Positions 1 through 10,695 of a DNA stretch of 64,000 bases are shown here, piece after piece. The notes under the pieces were generated by a model, which was given only the letters and a program-made list of their open reading frames with translations, was not told the DNA's origin and did no database searches. How positions within the stretch are numbered: position 1 is the stretch's first letter; each line of letters opens with the position of its first letter. Both the position numbers and the translations under genes were made by a program. Origin of the DNA: Lewinellaceae bacterium (lineage in GTDB: Bacteria; Bacteroidota; Bacteroidia; Chitinophagales; Saprospiraceae); contig JADJUJ010000024.1 in the NCBI GenBank assembly GCA_016710765.1, positions 2,919 to 66,918 on the forward strand, in the 5' to 3' direction.

Positions 1-347
1 CCCTCATTGTCGGCATGTTCTCCGTGGCAAATATCATGTTCGTTTCTGTGCGGGAACGAACCAACATCATAGGTATTAAAATGGCACTCGGTGCCAAACG
101 CTGGTTCATTTTGCTGGAAATACTGTTCGAAGCCGTTGTGCTGTGTGTGGTGGGTGGCGCTTTAGGGCTTTTGATTATCTGGGGCGCAACGAAGGCTATT
201 TCTTACGCTATCGACTTTGAAATCTTCCTCTCCTTCAGTAATATGATGGTAGGGGTAGTTACCTCAATCATAGTTGGAGTAGCATCTGGAATCATTCCTG
301 CGGTTCAGGCCAGCGGAATGGACCCTGTAGAGGCCATACGGAAGTAG
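1..347 (+). CDS. ABC transporter permease, FtsX/MacB-like, C-terminal part (5' end outside the window)
   Basis: The frame is open from the window edge. Hydrophobic helices and a ...SGMDPVEAIRK tail are typical of FtsX-family permeases. Confidence 0.7.
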   Translation, partial: LIVGMFSVANIMFVSVRERTNIIGIKMALGAKRWFILLEILFEAVVLCVVGGALGLLIIWGATKAISYAIDFEIFLSFSNMMVGVVTSIIVGVASGIIPAVQASGMDPVEAIRK

Positions 348-355
348 CCTCTGGT

Positions 356-1026
356 TTAGAGGCGTAAGTCTTCGACCTTCACGCCTGGGTATTTTGATTT
401 GTCGAAACTGAAATAACCAGCGGAAAGGCTTTTGTCGGGGCTGAAGCGTGTGATGGTAAAAGTAAAACGCGAACCGTCCTTTACAAAGGCTTTGATGCTC
501 TCAATGCGCTGGGTTTTTTCATCAATGCTGACCCTGATTTTGGCGTATTCTGAATTGCGGTCCTTGGGTTTAAATTCCACCTGGGTAAGCAAACGCCCAT
601 TTTCGTTGATCTTATCGGTAATCGCATACAAAAAGTCGCCTTTTTGATAACGCCGTAAAAGGTCTTTTGGCGTCAGAAAACCATTTTCCGTATCCTCTTC
701 CGTATCGTTGATTTGAAGTTCATTGTTCTTTTTGAGGTAAACCCAGGTTGCTTTACCATCGTTGATGATCACCTGCTGATCCATTTCAAGCCGGAACTTG
801 TTGTCCAACTGGCCAACGGTACCTTTTTCAGTAGTCACGGGCTGCCCAGGCACTTCCGAGTTCAGGGTAAAGGCAAATTCGAGGGTTTTATAGCCCTCGT
901 ATTTTTTTCGCACCTTATCGAGCAATTTTTGTGCTTCCGGGTCCGATTTTTCTGCAACTGGCTTTGTTTGTGCCTGTACGAAAATGACGGTGAGGGCAAA
1001 AGGCTTGTCAGGAGTAAGTACTTCAT
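356..1026 (-). CDS. LolA-like outer-membrane lipoprotein carrier family protein
   Basis: About 220 aa with a LolA-like pattern. The best start, ATG at 1026 (MKYLLLTSL..), joins ..ALTVIFVQAQ only if one base is added at the 4-nt A/T run 998-1001. Confidence 0.6.
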
Positions 1027-1270
1027 TTATATTGATTTGTTTCAGCAGAAAAACGCAAATTTGTGGGTTGAAGTTGTGCTGGAAATGGTTAAAGATATCC
1101 AAACGTTTCACCTGGCCATGCAACTTTTCAGTCCGGGATACTGTTTTAAGGTATGTTATTGCTTTGTTTAGGCAATTAAGTACCACATCTAAACTGGACT
1201 TTTATTGGCAAAAGACCAGCATGATAATCTTATATTAATCACGAATACCCCTAAAACCAACCTAAATTTT

Positions 1271-3728
1271 ATGGCCAAGAAAAAACATGGCGACACCGAA
1301 AGGTTGTCAGCCCAAATGCTGCAGATTGAAGTACTCAAATTTCTGCTGGCCCATCCGAAAGGACAATTCTCCGCGCGACAAATTGTACAAGTCCTGCGCG
1401 TTTCCAACAACAAAGATTCTGTTTTACATGCCTTGCAACAACTTGCCCTGGCAGGTTCAGCACAGGAAGTAGCCGCAGGCAAATTCTCCGTGGCACTGAA
1501 TCGACTTACCCTTGAGGAGGAGCCTGCGCCAAGCCCCCGTGCCGCAATAGCTGCGCCAGCAGTTGTGGGCGCACTGAAACGGGAAAAAGCACCAAAATCG
1601 TCCAAGACTGAAAAACCAGTAAAGCACGCCGATAGCCGAAAAATGATAGAAGGCGTTGTTGACATGACCCGCAGCGGCGCCGGTTACGTTGTATCGGAAT
1701 TGCTTGATTCTGATGTATATGTCGCCCCAAAATACATGAGCGGCGCCCTGAATGGCGATACGGTTCGGGTGTTGCTCTTTTCACGTGCTCCCCGCTACAA
1801 GGGTCGGGAGAAGCGCAAGCCGGAAGGTGAAGTACTTTCCGTGCTCAAGCGCGCCAATGAATTTTTTATCGGCACACTGCGCAAAAGCCGCAAATACGCG
1901 CTGGTGATGCCCGACAACCCCAATATGCCTGTCGACATTTACGTGGCGCTGGAGCATTGCGAGGATGCCCGAGATGGGGATAAAGTGGTGGTGCGGATCA
2001 CCGACTGGCAGGAAGGCAAAGGCCGCGTTCCGATGGGAAAAGTCACCCAGGTGCTCGGCGCTTTGGGCGGCAATGATTTTGAGATGAAGAAAATTCTGAT
2101 CAATGCCGGTTTTGAACTTTCCCACTCCGAGGAGGCCATGGCCGAAGCCGCCAGGATTTCCGAAACCATTTCTCCGCAGGAAATACAACGCCGCAGGGAT
2201 TTTCGCGATGTGCTCACCTTCACCATCGACCCGGAGGATGCCAAAGATTTTGACGACGCCCTGAGCGTACAAATCCTGGACAATGGCAATATGGAGGTTG
2301 GTGTGCACATTGCCGATGTTACCCATTACTTAAAGCCCGACTCCGAACTCGACCGGGAGGCATACAAGCGCAGCACAAGCGTTTATCTGGTGGACAGGGT
2401 CAATCCGATGCTACCGGAAAAACTATCGAACAACCTTTGTTCGCTGGTGCCGGAGCAGGAGCGGCTCACTTTTTCAGCGGTATTTGAGTTCGACAACAAG
2501 GATCAGGTGGTAAAGCGCTGGTTTGGAAAAACCATCATTTTTCTCCGACAAGCGCTTCAGTTATGAAGCAGCGCAAACCATTCTTGAAGGCAAACCGGAT
2601 GCAGATTTGAAACAGCACCCACGGTTTGTGGACCTCAAAGATGCCCTCGGGCATTTGAAGCGCATTGCTGGCAAACCGCGTAAAGCCAGGGAGAAAAACG
2701 GGGCCATTAATTTTGATTCGGAAGAAGTACGCTTCATCCTGGCGGAAGATGGAAGCCCCATTGAAGCCTACGTCAAAGAGCGGAAAGATACGCACTTGAT
2801 GATCGAAGACTTTATGTTGCTGGCCAACAAAGAAGTGGCTTTGTTCATTGATCAGAAAGCCGCGGCCACCAAAGAAATTCCCTTTATTTATCGCATACAC
2901 GACTTGCCCGACCTGGAGAAGGTAGCCGAACTGGCGCGATTTGCGGCGGAAATGGGCTTCCCCCTGCGGGTGGATACACCGAAGAATATTGCTGCATCGT
3001 ACAACAAACTGATGCTGGCCGCGCAAACAGAAGACCGTTTGAAATTGCTGGAGCCTCTGGCGATTCGCACCATGGCCAAGGCAGTCTATTCCACCCACAA
3101 CATCGGGCATTACGGACTGGCATTTTCACATTACAGCCATTTTACTTCCCCGATCCGACGCTACGCCGACGTATTGGCGCATCGCATATTGGAGCGTAAC
3201 CTCGATGGCAATGTTTACCGTGTGGATGCCAGCAAGTTGGAGGAGCAGTGTAAACACATCAGTACACAGGAAAAGAAAGCAGCCGATGCCGAACGCGAAA
3301 GCATTAAATACAAGCAGGCGGAATTAATGCGCAAACACATTGGCGAGGAGTTCGACGGTGTGATTAGCGGTATGATCGAACGCGGTATGTTTGTTTCCCT
3401 GCCAGGGTCAAAAGCAGAAGGCATGGTGGAGTTCAGAAACCTGGCCGACCTTTATATTCTGGAAGAAAGCAACCTCAGGGCCCGTGGCCGCCGCTATGGA
3501 AAGGATTTTCGAATGGGCGATCAAATTCGCGTTCGGGTTATTTCCGTGGATTTGCAAAAGCGCCAAATTGAGTTGGAATACGTGGGCGGCGATGATATGG
3601 CGGGTAATTCGGAGTGCAATCAATATCTGAACAGGCGATGCAATGCCATTTCCTTTCCAACGCAGCAGATAAAATTTCGTTCCATTTGGCTTAAAATAAA
3701 ACCAGGTCATCGCTCCCATTTGGAGTAA
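1271..3728 (+). CDS. rnr: Ribonuclease R (RNB catalytic domain plus C-terminal S1 domain); frame broken once
   Basis: ORFs 1205-2566 and 2523-3728 join as ..WFGKTIIFSDKRFSYEAAQ.. at T-run 2538-2542. RNB motifs FTIDPEDAKDFDDALS and HYGLAFSHYSHFTSPIRRYAD are present, and the S1 domain reads GVISGMIERGMFVSL. Confidence 0.9.
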
Positions 3729-3888
3729 TGTCCTGGTTATCGTTTGTTTACAATGTACTAAGGATTAATTCGGCCCTTCCAGTATGCTTGAAGCAATCAT
3801 TTGCTAAAGGTGCTGAGTGCCGAATTGGTACGCGGTGTATCTGATATGGCCTCAATTTATTTTTGTAAAACCATTTCAGTGGTAAGGT

Positions 3889-4341
3889 TTAATGCCCTCT
3901 TCGCGGTGCAGCCTGGCGCTTGTTGCGCGATTGCCTGTAATTTTGATCGTTGTGTTGTTGGTGTTTGCCATGCTGCTGGTATTCCCGGCGCTTTGCATTG
4001 TTGTTGCTCCTGTAATTATCCTGGCGGTAGCCGTTGCGGTCCATTACATGATGGTCATTGCCATGGTTGCGCGCATTGTTGTGTCCCCTTGCCTGGTAGG
4101 CTGCATGGCCTTTTCCACGGCGATTAGCCTTTTGCTTGTTGTATTTTTTCCAATGCTTTTTGTCGGCCTTCCGATCGGCCTTCCGATCGGCCTTCCGATC
4201 TGCTTTGCTGTACTTTCCTTTTTGAGCGTGATACTGCGCAGCGGCAGGCCGGGTAGAAGGGGCAGGTTGATGGCGTTGCGCGCTTGCACTGGCAAAAAGT
4301 GCAACAACAAACAATACGGTTAAAACGAGTGCTTTTTTCAT
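3889..4341 (-). CDS. Secreted, extremely basic low-complexity protein with (ADRK)n repeats
   Basis: Signal peptide MKKALVLTVLFVVALFASASAQ, followed by a K/R/H/N/Q-rich sequence. No family recognised. Confidence 0.5.
   Translation of the reverse strand: MKKALVLTVLFVVALFASASAQRHQPAPSTRPAAAQYHAQKGKYSKADRKADRKADRKADKKHWKKYNKQKANRRGKGHAAYQARGHNNARNHGNDHHVMDRNGYRQDNYRSNNNAKRREYQQHGKHQQHNDQNYRQSRNKRQAAPRRGH
4164..4199. repeat. Tandem 12-mer cggccttccgat x3, inside the basic-protein CDS
   Basis: Three exact direct copies that encode the ADRK repeats on the minus strand. Confidence 0.9.
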
Positions 4342-4635
4342 GTGCTGTGATGTTGCGTGAAATAGAGGGGTTTTTTAGTGTTGTACCAGTTTTTGTTGCG
4401 GGTGCTGAACTATAGACGATGAAAACGAGGCAAAGCTGCAGATCTAAGGTGGGTCTAAGAGAAGTTTGTGGTAAATGTTAAGGAGGCGTGAAGAATGGCA
4501 GTTGCTTTAGTGGCACTGGTATGTAAAAACCACATCAGGGATCATAATATGCTAACAAGATGGGTAAATTTACAACGGCTCTCTTGAACTCATTTGCAGC
4601 GCATCGGTTTGAACCCGATCTAATGTTGAAATGCT

Positions 4636-6222
4636 ATGTATACAAAAATCAACAAATTGCCCCTCTTACTGGTATTGTTCGTTTGTGCCTTTCAATCCTT
4701 GTGCGCGCAGATACCAGCGCAGGACCGGCATCGACCCGATTTTCATTTTACCCCTGACCAATGGTGGATGAACGACCCCAATGGCATGGTGTATTACGAA
4801 GGTGAATACCATTTGTTTTACCAATATTATCCGGAGGCAACGGTGTGGGGGCCTATGCACTGGGGGCATGCCGTCAGCACCGACCTCGTGCATTGGGAGC
4901 ACCTGCCCATCGCCCTGTATCCAGATTCTCTTGGGCTCATTTTCTCCGGCAGTGCTGTGGTAGACTGGAACAACAGCAGCGGTTTTGGAAAAAATGGACA
5001 ACCGCCGCTGGTGGCAATTTTTACCCAACACGATATGGCGGGCGAAAAGGCTGGCCGGCACGATTTTCAATACCAAAGCATTGCTTACTCGCATGATAAA
5101 GGCCGGAACTGGACCAAATACGCCGGTAATCCGGTAATCCCCAATACTGAAAAAATACACGATTTCAGAGACCCAAAGGTGATTTGGCACGATGCTTCCA
5201 GGCAATGGATTATGGTTTTTGCCGCCCAGGACCATGTAAAATTTTGGCGTTCTCCGGATTTGATTCATTGGACCTTTCTCAGTGATTTCGGGCAGGATTG
5301 GGGCTGTCATGGCGGGGTGTGGGAATGCCCTGATTTGTTCCCCATCAAAATCGAGGGCACTGATGAATGGAAATGGGTACTCCTTCAAAGCATCAATCCG
5401 GGTGGACCAAATGGTGGGAGTGCCACCCAGTATTTTGTAGGCGATTTTGATGGGAAACAGTTCGAACTGGATCCGGCATTTGAAAAGCTGGTGACGAAAA
5501 ATCAGGGGGTGTGGCTCGATTGGGGACGCGACAATTACGCCGGCGTTACCTGGTCGGATATTCCCGCCAGCGACGGGCGCAGAATTTTTATGGGCTGGAT
5601 GTCGAACTGGGATTACGCCACAAAGGTGCCTACCGAAAAATGGCGTAGCGCCATGACTTTGCCGAGGGCACTCAGTTTAAGAAAGACGCAGGATGGTTTG
5701 CGACTGGCTGCTGTTCCGGTACAAGAATTGAAACAACTGGAAACAGACAGTTTTATGCTGAAAAATCGCAGCATTGTGCAAGGAAAACCATTTACCCCGA
5801 AGATAGCATTCACGCCCGCCCGTCTGGCCGCGGATCTGTGGCTTGACCTGGGTGAAAACAAGACCACTACCTTCTGGGTGGTGTTGTCAAACGATAAAAA
5901 TGAGGAGTACAGGATTGGTTATGATGCAGCCAGTAACACTTATATCAGCGATCGCACCAGGTCGGGAAACTTGGGTTTTTCCGATAAATTTGCCATAAAA
6001 CCACACCAGGCACAAGGGGGCGAGCGCAAGCAAAAATTGCACCTGCAACTTTATTTTGACGTGGCATCCTGTGAACTCTTTGCAGATGAGGGTTTGGTAA
6101 ACCTGACGGATGTGTTTTTCCCAAGTGTTGATTTTACCACAATCCGCCTGGAAAACACCAAAGGAAAAGTGAAGTTGACCGCAGCAAAATTTTACCAACT
6201 GAGCGGAAAGGCCGGGAAATAA
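4636..6222 (+). CDS. Glycoside hydrolase family 32 (beta-fructofuranosidase/levanase-like), secreted
   Basis: GH32 signatures WMNDPNGMVYYEGEYHLFYQYYP, FRDPKV and WECPDLF. N-terminal signal peptide. Confidence 0.9.
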   Translation: MYTKINKLPLLLVLFVCAFQSLCAQIPAQDRHRPDFHFTPDQWWMNDPNGMVYYEGEYHLFYQYYPEATVWGPMHWGHAVSTDLVHWEHLPIALYPDSLGLIFSGSAVVDWNNSSGFGKNGQPPLVAIFTQHDMAGEKAGRHDFQYQSIAYSHDKGRNWTKYAGNPVIPNTEKIHDFRDPKVIWHDASRQWIMVFAAQDHVKFWRSPDLIHWTFLSDFGQDWGCHGGVWECPDLFPIKIEGTDEWKWVLLQSINPGGPNGGSATQYFVGDFDGKQFELDPAFEKLVTKNQGVWLDWGRDNYAGVTWSDIPASDGRRIFMGWMSNWDYATKVPTEKWRSAMTLPRALSLRKTQDGLRLAAVPVQELKQLETDSFMLKNRSIVQGKPFTPKIAFTPARLAADLWLDLGENKTTTFWVVLSNDKNEEYRIGYDAASNTYISDRTRSGNLGFSDKFAIKPHQAQGGERKQKLHLQLYFDVASCELFADEGLVNLTDVFFPSVDFTTIRLENTKGKVKLTAAKFYQLSGKAGK

Positions 6223-6308
6223 GGAGGCTGTAATTGGCCGTCGAAACGGGATGCATTTGCATAAGTGGAAACTAGTGTTCATTTTTACGAACACAAAGTT
6301 CTACAACA

Positions 6309-7567
6309 ATGCCTAACCGACGCAGTTTTATCCGCCAAACCGCTGCCATATTGGGTGGCCTTGCTTTGCACAACAATGCCAGGGCTGCTTTTCAGTTGCC
6401 AGCAAAACCAACCTTTGACCAAGGCCCGGATGATGATTTCTGGCGCCAGGTGCGTCAGGCTTATGCCTGTAGCCCAACCCTCATCAACCTGAACAATGGG
6501 GGCGTGTGCCCCGCGCCACGCGCTACGATGGACGCGCTGGACTATTACAACCGTATGTGCAACGAAGCGCCATCGTATTATATGTGGCGCATTTTAGACC
6601 AGGACCGCGAGCCCCTGCGCTATAACCTGGCTGCACTGGCTGGCGTTGATCCGGAAGAAATTGCCATCAACCGGAATGCCACGGAATCGCTCAATACCAT
6701 CATTTCGGACTAAACCTTAAGGCTGGCGACGAGGTGGTGCTCTCCAAACAGGATTACCCCAACATGATCAATGCCTGGAAACAACGTGCCAAGCGCGATG
6801 GCATTGAATTGGTTTGGGTGGACCTGGACCTTCCCTCCGAAGCAGAGGATGTGTTGGTGGAGGCCTTCGTTTCAAAATTTACCAAAAAGACCAGGGTGGT
6901 ACACATCACCCACATGATCAATTGGTGTGGACAAATTTTGCCCGCCAGGGCCATCGCCGATAAGGCCCACGAACGGGGGATTGATGTACTGGTGGATGGT
7001 GCGCACTCCTTTGCCTTGGTAGATTACAAAATCCCCGATCTGGGCGCCGATTATTGGGGCACCAGTTTGCACAAATGGCTCTGCGCCCCGTTTGGCAATG
7101 GCATGATGTGGATTCGAAAGGAAAAAATCTCCGATGTGTGGGCCCTGCTGTCGAACGACAAACCTGATGGCGACAACATCCGGAAATTCGAAAGTCTGGG
7201 GACCCGTAGTTTTCCCCAGGAAATGGCCACCGGATACTCGCTGGATTTGCACAACCTGATCGGGTCAAAAAGAAAGCAGGAGCGGCTCCATTTTCTGAAA
7301 AACTATTGGATGGAACAGGTGAAGGATTTGCCCGGCATCAAAATTTTTACCCCACTAAGCCCTCAATGGGGTTGTGCCATTGGAACATTTGGACTGGAGC
7401 AGAAGAAAACCAGCGAGATTTCGAATATCCTGCACCAGGATTGGAAAATACACACCACAGGCATTGAATGGGAAAAAGTGAATGGTGTGCGCGTAACACC
7501 CAATGTTTACACCACCACAGCAGACCTGGATAAGTTGGTGAAGGCCATCAAAAGCATGGTGGCGTAG
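6309..7567 (+). CDS. Class V aminotransferase-fold PLP enzyme with a twin-arginine signal; frame broken once
   Basis: Tat-like N-terminus MPNRRSFIRQTAAILGGLALHNNARA. The HKWL lysine region is present. ORFs 6309-6713 and 6734-7567 join as ..IISGLNLKAGDEVV.. if one G is added at 6707-6708. Confidence 0.8.
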
Positions 7568-7602
7568 GGTAGGGTAGCGCCCTATCCGTTGTTTCGCTTT
7601 TT

Positions 7603-7763
7603 TATACTCGAAATAAAGTGGTTTGCGAATGCTCACTTGTCCTCAGCCCTCCTGGCTGCGTTATAAATACTCGCCGATGCGCTGCATCGTCTGCGTTTTG
7701 TGCCTTGCCATTAGAACTGATGACTGCGCGATTATTTTCGCAAACCACTTTACTTCGAGAATA
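7603..7763. repeat. Inverted repeat (27-nt arms, about 25/27 matching) around a 107-nt spacer
   Basis: tatactcgaaataaagtggtttgcgaa (7603-7629) pairs with ttcgcaaaccactttacttcgagaata (7737-7763). Intergenic. Confidence 0.8.
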
Positions 7764-7829
7764 GCATAGGTTGGGAACGCTACGAGGCCTATCTTTGCGG
7801 TTTCCAGACACAAGAACACCAAAACATAC

Positions 7830-8606
7830 ATGGAATTTATTCAGTTTAATATCGAAGGCCACGTCGCTCGCATTGTCTTTAACCGTCCCGATGTGTTCAA
7901 TTCAATGAACCACCCCATGCGGCAGGAAGTCATTGCGGCCTTGAACGAGTGCGTTACCAACCCGAGTGTTAGAGCAATTTACCTGACGGGGAATGGCCGG
8001 GCTTTTTGCGCCGGGGAGGACCTGCAGGAGGTTGTGGATCCACAAGGGCCATCCCTAACGGAAATTATTTCCACTGGGTACAATCCGATCGTGACAGCGA
8101 TCCGGCAAATGGACAAGCCAGTGGTTTGTGCCGTCAACGGCGTGGCTGCCGGCGCCGGCGCCAACATTGCGCTGGCCTGCGACATTACCGTTGCAACTAC
8201 CTCAGCATCGTTTACCCAAGCCTTTTCCAAAATAGGCCTGATTCCCGACAGTGGCGGCACCTGGACGTTGCCGCGACTGGTAGGCATGCAGCGCGCCACT
8301 GCGCTCATGATGTTGTCGGATAAAATCAGTGCAGAAGAAGCCGCTAGTTTTGGCATGATTTGGAAGGTTTTTCCCGATGAAACTTTCGCCAGCGACAGCT
8401 GGGCCATCGCTGAAAAATTATCAAAAATGCCTACCAAGGGACTCGGATTAACCAAACGTGCCCTCAACCGCAGCTTCAGCCACGATTTCCAGGCGCAACT
8501 GGCGCTCGAAGATGTGCTCCAAAGCCAGGCGGGCGAAACCTATGATTACAAAGAAGGTGTTGCTGCCTTTTTGGAAAAACGTAAACCTGTGTTCAAAGGC
8601 GAATAA
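7830..8606 (+). CDS. paaG: Enoyl-CoA hydratase/isomerase (crotonase) family, PaaG-like
   Basis: Resembles E. coli PaaG along its length as I recall it (AFCAGEDL, VCAVNGVAAGAGANIALACD, GLIPDSGGTW, ..FLEKRKPVFKGE). Confidence 0.75.
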   Translation: MEFIQFNIEGHVARIVFNRPDVFNSMNHPMRQEVIAALNECVTNPSVRAIYLTGNGRAFCAGEDLQEVVDPQGPSLTEIISTGYNPIVTAIRQMDKPVVCAVNGVAAGAGANIALACDITVATTSASFTQAFSKIGLIPDSGGTWTLPRLVGMQRATALMMLSDKISAEEAASFGMIWKVFPDETFASDSWAIAEKLSKMPTKGLGLTKRALNRSFSHDFQAQLALEDVLQSQAGETYDYKEGVAAFLEKRKPVFKGE

Positions 8607-8630
8607 GCCCAGCCCACGCTACCGCCCACC

Positions 8631-8666
8631 CTATATCCAACGCTATATCCAACGCTATATCCAACG
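8631..8666. repeat. Tandem 12-mer ctatatccaacg x3 in a CCCACCCT-rich intergenic tract
   Basis: Three exact direct copies immediately 3' of the crotonase gene. Confidence 0.9.
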
Positions 8667-8711
8667 CTACAGCCCACCCTAAATCCCACCCTACATCCCT
8701 TCTACCCCCCC

Positions 8712-9545
8712 ATGCTCCCACCCTGGCGCAAATTGATCATTTTTCCCTCCGATTACGCCTCCAACAAGGGGACGCAACCGCGTGATATTTTTCAGGTGGC
8801 GATTTTGATTCTGGCGGGACTCCTGATCTTCAGCCCAGAAGTCCGTTACAAAGTGTTTGCGCTGATTACCTATCCTGTACACTACAAAGAGTATAAGGAA
8901 TTTGGTATTCGAATACCAGGAGGTTATCAGGTGCACGGCATTGATGTCAGTCGGTATCAGCGGCAGGTAGACTGGGATCGTGTCAGCAAGATGCAGGTGG
9001 GGGATATTCAGATCAAATTTGCCTTTATGAAAGCCACGGAAGGCTCCTGGCTGAAAGATCCACAGTTCAACAACAACTGGAAAAAGGCAAAACAAAACAA
9101 GATGATCCGGGGGGCTTATCATTATTTTTTGCCCAATGTTCGGGCTTCTGATCAGGCTAAAAACTTCATTAAGACGGTACAATTGCGCTCTGGCGACCTG
9201 CCGCCGGTGGTGGATATCGAGGAAACCCGGGGAATGTCGAAGGCAGAAGTCAAACGCTACACAAAAGTGTTTCTGGAGATACTGGAGCGCCAATACCGGG
9301 TGAAACCCATCCTGTACACCTATCGCGATTTTTGCAAAAATTACTTCGCCGACGACCCTGACTTCAAAGAATACTTTTTCTGGATTGCCCACTTTCATGT
9401 GTCGAAACTGAACATGCCCGACGACAACAACTGGCACTTCTGGCAGCACTCCGACCGTGGGTCTGTTGACGGCATCAACGAGCGGGTGGATTTCAATGTG
9501 TTCAATGGGGACAGTGCGGCATTGCGGAAAATTTGCCTGCCATAA
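8712..9545 (+). CDS. GH25 muramidase (lysozyme) with an N-terminal membrane anchor
   Basis: HGIDVSRYQRQVDWDRV, FAFMKATEG and IRGAYHYF are typical GH25 blocks. Confidence 0.85.
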   Translation: MLPPWRKLIIFPSDYASNKGTQPRDIFQVAILILAGLLIFSPEVRYKVFALITYPVHYKEYKEFGIRIPGGYQVHGIDVSRYQRQVDWDRVSKMQVGDIQIKFAFMKATEGSWLKDPQFNNNWKKAKQNKMIRGAYHYFLPNVRASDQAKNFIKTVQLRSGDLPPVVDIEETRGMSKAEVKRYTKVFLEILERQYRVKPILYTYRDFCKNYFADDPDFKEYFFWIAHFHVSKLNMPDDNNWHFWQHSDRGSVDGINERVDFNVFNGDSAALRKICLP

Positions 9546-9671
9546 TTGGTCTTTCAGCAGGCAAAGGGGTTAATGCTTGGTTAATTTCGGGTCTGAACCT
9601 TAATATTCTGCTACTTTTGTGCGTTCCTACCGTATAAACCAAAGTATTCATCCATTTAAGAAAATTATTAC

Positions 9672-10166
9672 ATGAAAAAACTGTTTATTCTGCTGCTTTG
9701 CGCTTCCAGCGCTCTTACCGTTATGGCCCAGGGCAAATCCCTGCCAAGTGTTGATGTTAAAGACCTTAAGGGCCAGACTGTTAATGTCCAGGAATTGGGA
9801 AAATCCGGAAAAATCACCGTGATTAGTTTTTGGGCCACCTGGTGTTCACCTTGCAAAAAAGAACTGGATGCTATCAAAGACTACTACGGAGAATGGCAAG
9901 AGAAATACGGTGTGGAATTGATCGCTGTCAGCGTTGACGATACCCGTACTGCAGCAAAAATTCCTGCCATGGTGGAAGAAAAAGGTTGGGAATACCGCAT
10001 CCTGCTCGATGCACAAAAGCAATTCCAAACATCCGTGAACATCACGGTTGTGCCACATACCCTCCTGCTCGACCAAAATGGTACCATTGTTTTTGAGCAC
10101 ACGGGCTATGCCCCTGGCGACGAACTGGAACTGGAGGAAAAAATTAAAATGCTGGCCGGTAAATAA
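9672..10166 (+). CDS. TlpA/ResA-like thioredoxin-fold thiol:disulfide oxidoreductase, secreted
   Basis: Signal peptide plus an FWATWCSPCKKE (CxxC) motif. Confidence 0.85.
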   Translation: MKKLFILLLCASSALTVMAQGKSLPSVDVKDLKGQTVNVQELGKSGKITVISFWATWCSPCKKELDAIKDYYGEWQEKYGVELIAVSVDDTRTAAKIPAMVEEKGWEYRILLDAQKQFQTSVNITVVPHTLLLDQNGTIVFEHTGYAPGDELELEEKIKMLAGK

Positions 10167-10285
10167 TGCCGCCTGTCCACTGTGCTGTTGCGTAGGGTAA
10201 TTTCTAACGCAACAGCACAGTGTTCTTAAAATCCCTGCCTGAAAACTTCCATATTCGATATTCTGCGATATCTTTGCGGCCCATC

Positions 10286-10369
10286 GCCCGGGTGGTGGAA
10301 TGGTAGACACGAGGGACTTAAAATCCCTTGGCCATAACGGCCGTGCAGGTTCGAGTCCTGTTCCGGGCA
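10286..10369 (+). tRNA. tRNA-Leu (anticodon TAA), class II long variable arm
   Basis: Acceptor stem gcccggg/tccgggc. Anticodon arm aggga-CT TAA AA-tccct. Long variable arm, and T-arm cagg-ttcgagt-cctg. Confidence 0.9.
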
Positions 10370-10377
10370 CTTTTTTT

Positions 10378-10416
10378 GGAGGAGAGGAGATGGAGGAGAG
10401 GAGAGATGGAGGAGAG
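10378..10416. repeat. GGAGAG/GGAGAT purine-rich low-complexity tract
   Basis: ggaggagaggagatggaggagaggagagatggaggagag directly after tRNA-Leu. It is the reverse complement in style of tract 10611-10695. Confidence 0.85.
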
Positions 10417-10419
10417 TAG

Positions 10420-10470
10420 ATAAAATAAGCGCGGCCCGGTACGATTCGTACCGGGCCGCGCTTATTTTAT
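10420..10470. terminator. Perfect 24-bp-stem hairpin
   Basis: ataaaataagcgcggcccggtacg-att-cgtaccgggccgcgcttattttat. Lies between tRNA-Leu (+) and yidC (-). Confidence 0.6.
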
Positions 10471-10610
10471 AGTGGTTAGCCATTTTAAAAACCTCAACTC
10501 AGCGCCTTGTAAATAAGGCCTTGGTATCCAAGATGTTGATGGTCAATAGGCTACAATGCAAGGATGCGATCTTTTTCCCAAGGAATGGGGCAGAGAAAGC
10601 CCACTCTGGA

Positions 10611-10695
10611 CCATCTCCATCTCCTCCATCTCCTCCTCTCCTCCATCTCCTCCATCTCCTCTCCTCTCCTCTCCTCTCCTCCATCTCCTCTCCCT
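10611..10695. repeat. CTCCTC/CCATCT pyrimidine-rich tract (GA-rich on the minus strand)
   Basis: About 85 nt of ccatctcc/tcctctcc units abutting the yidC stop codon. Inverted relative to 10378-10416. Confidence 0.85.
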
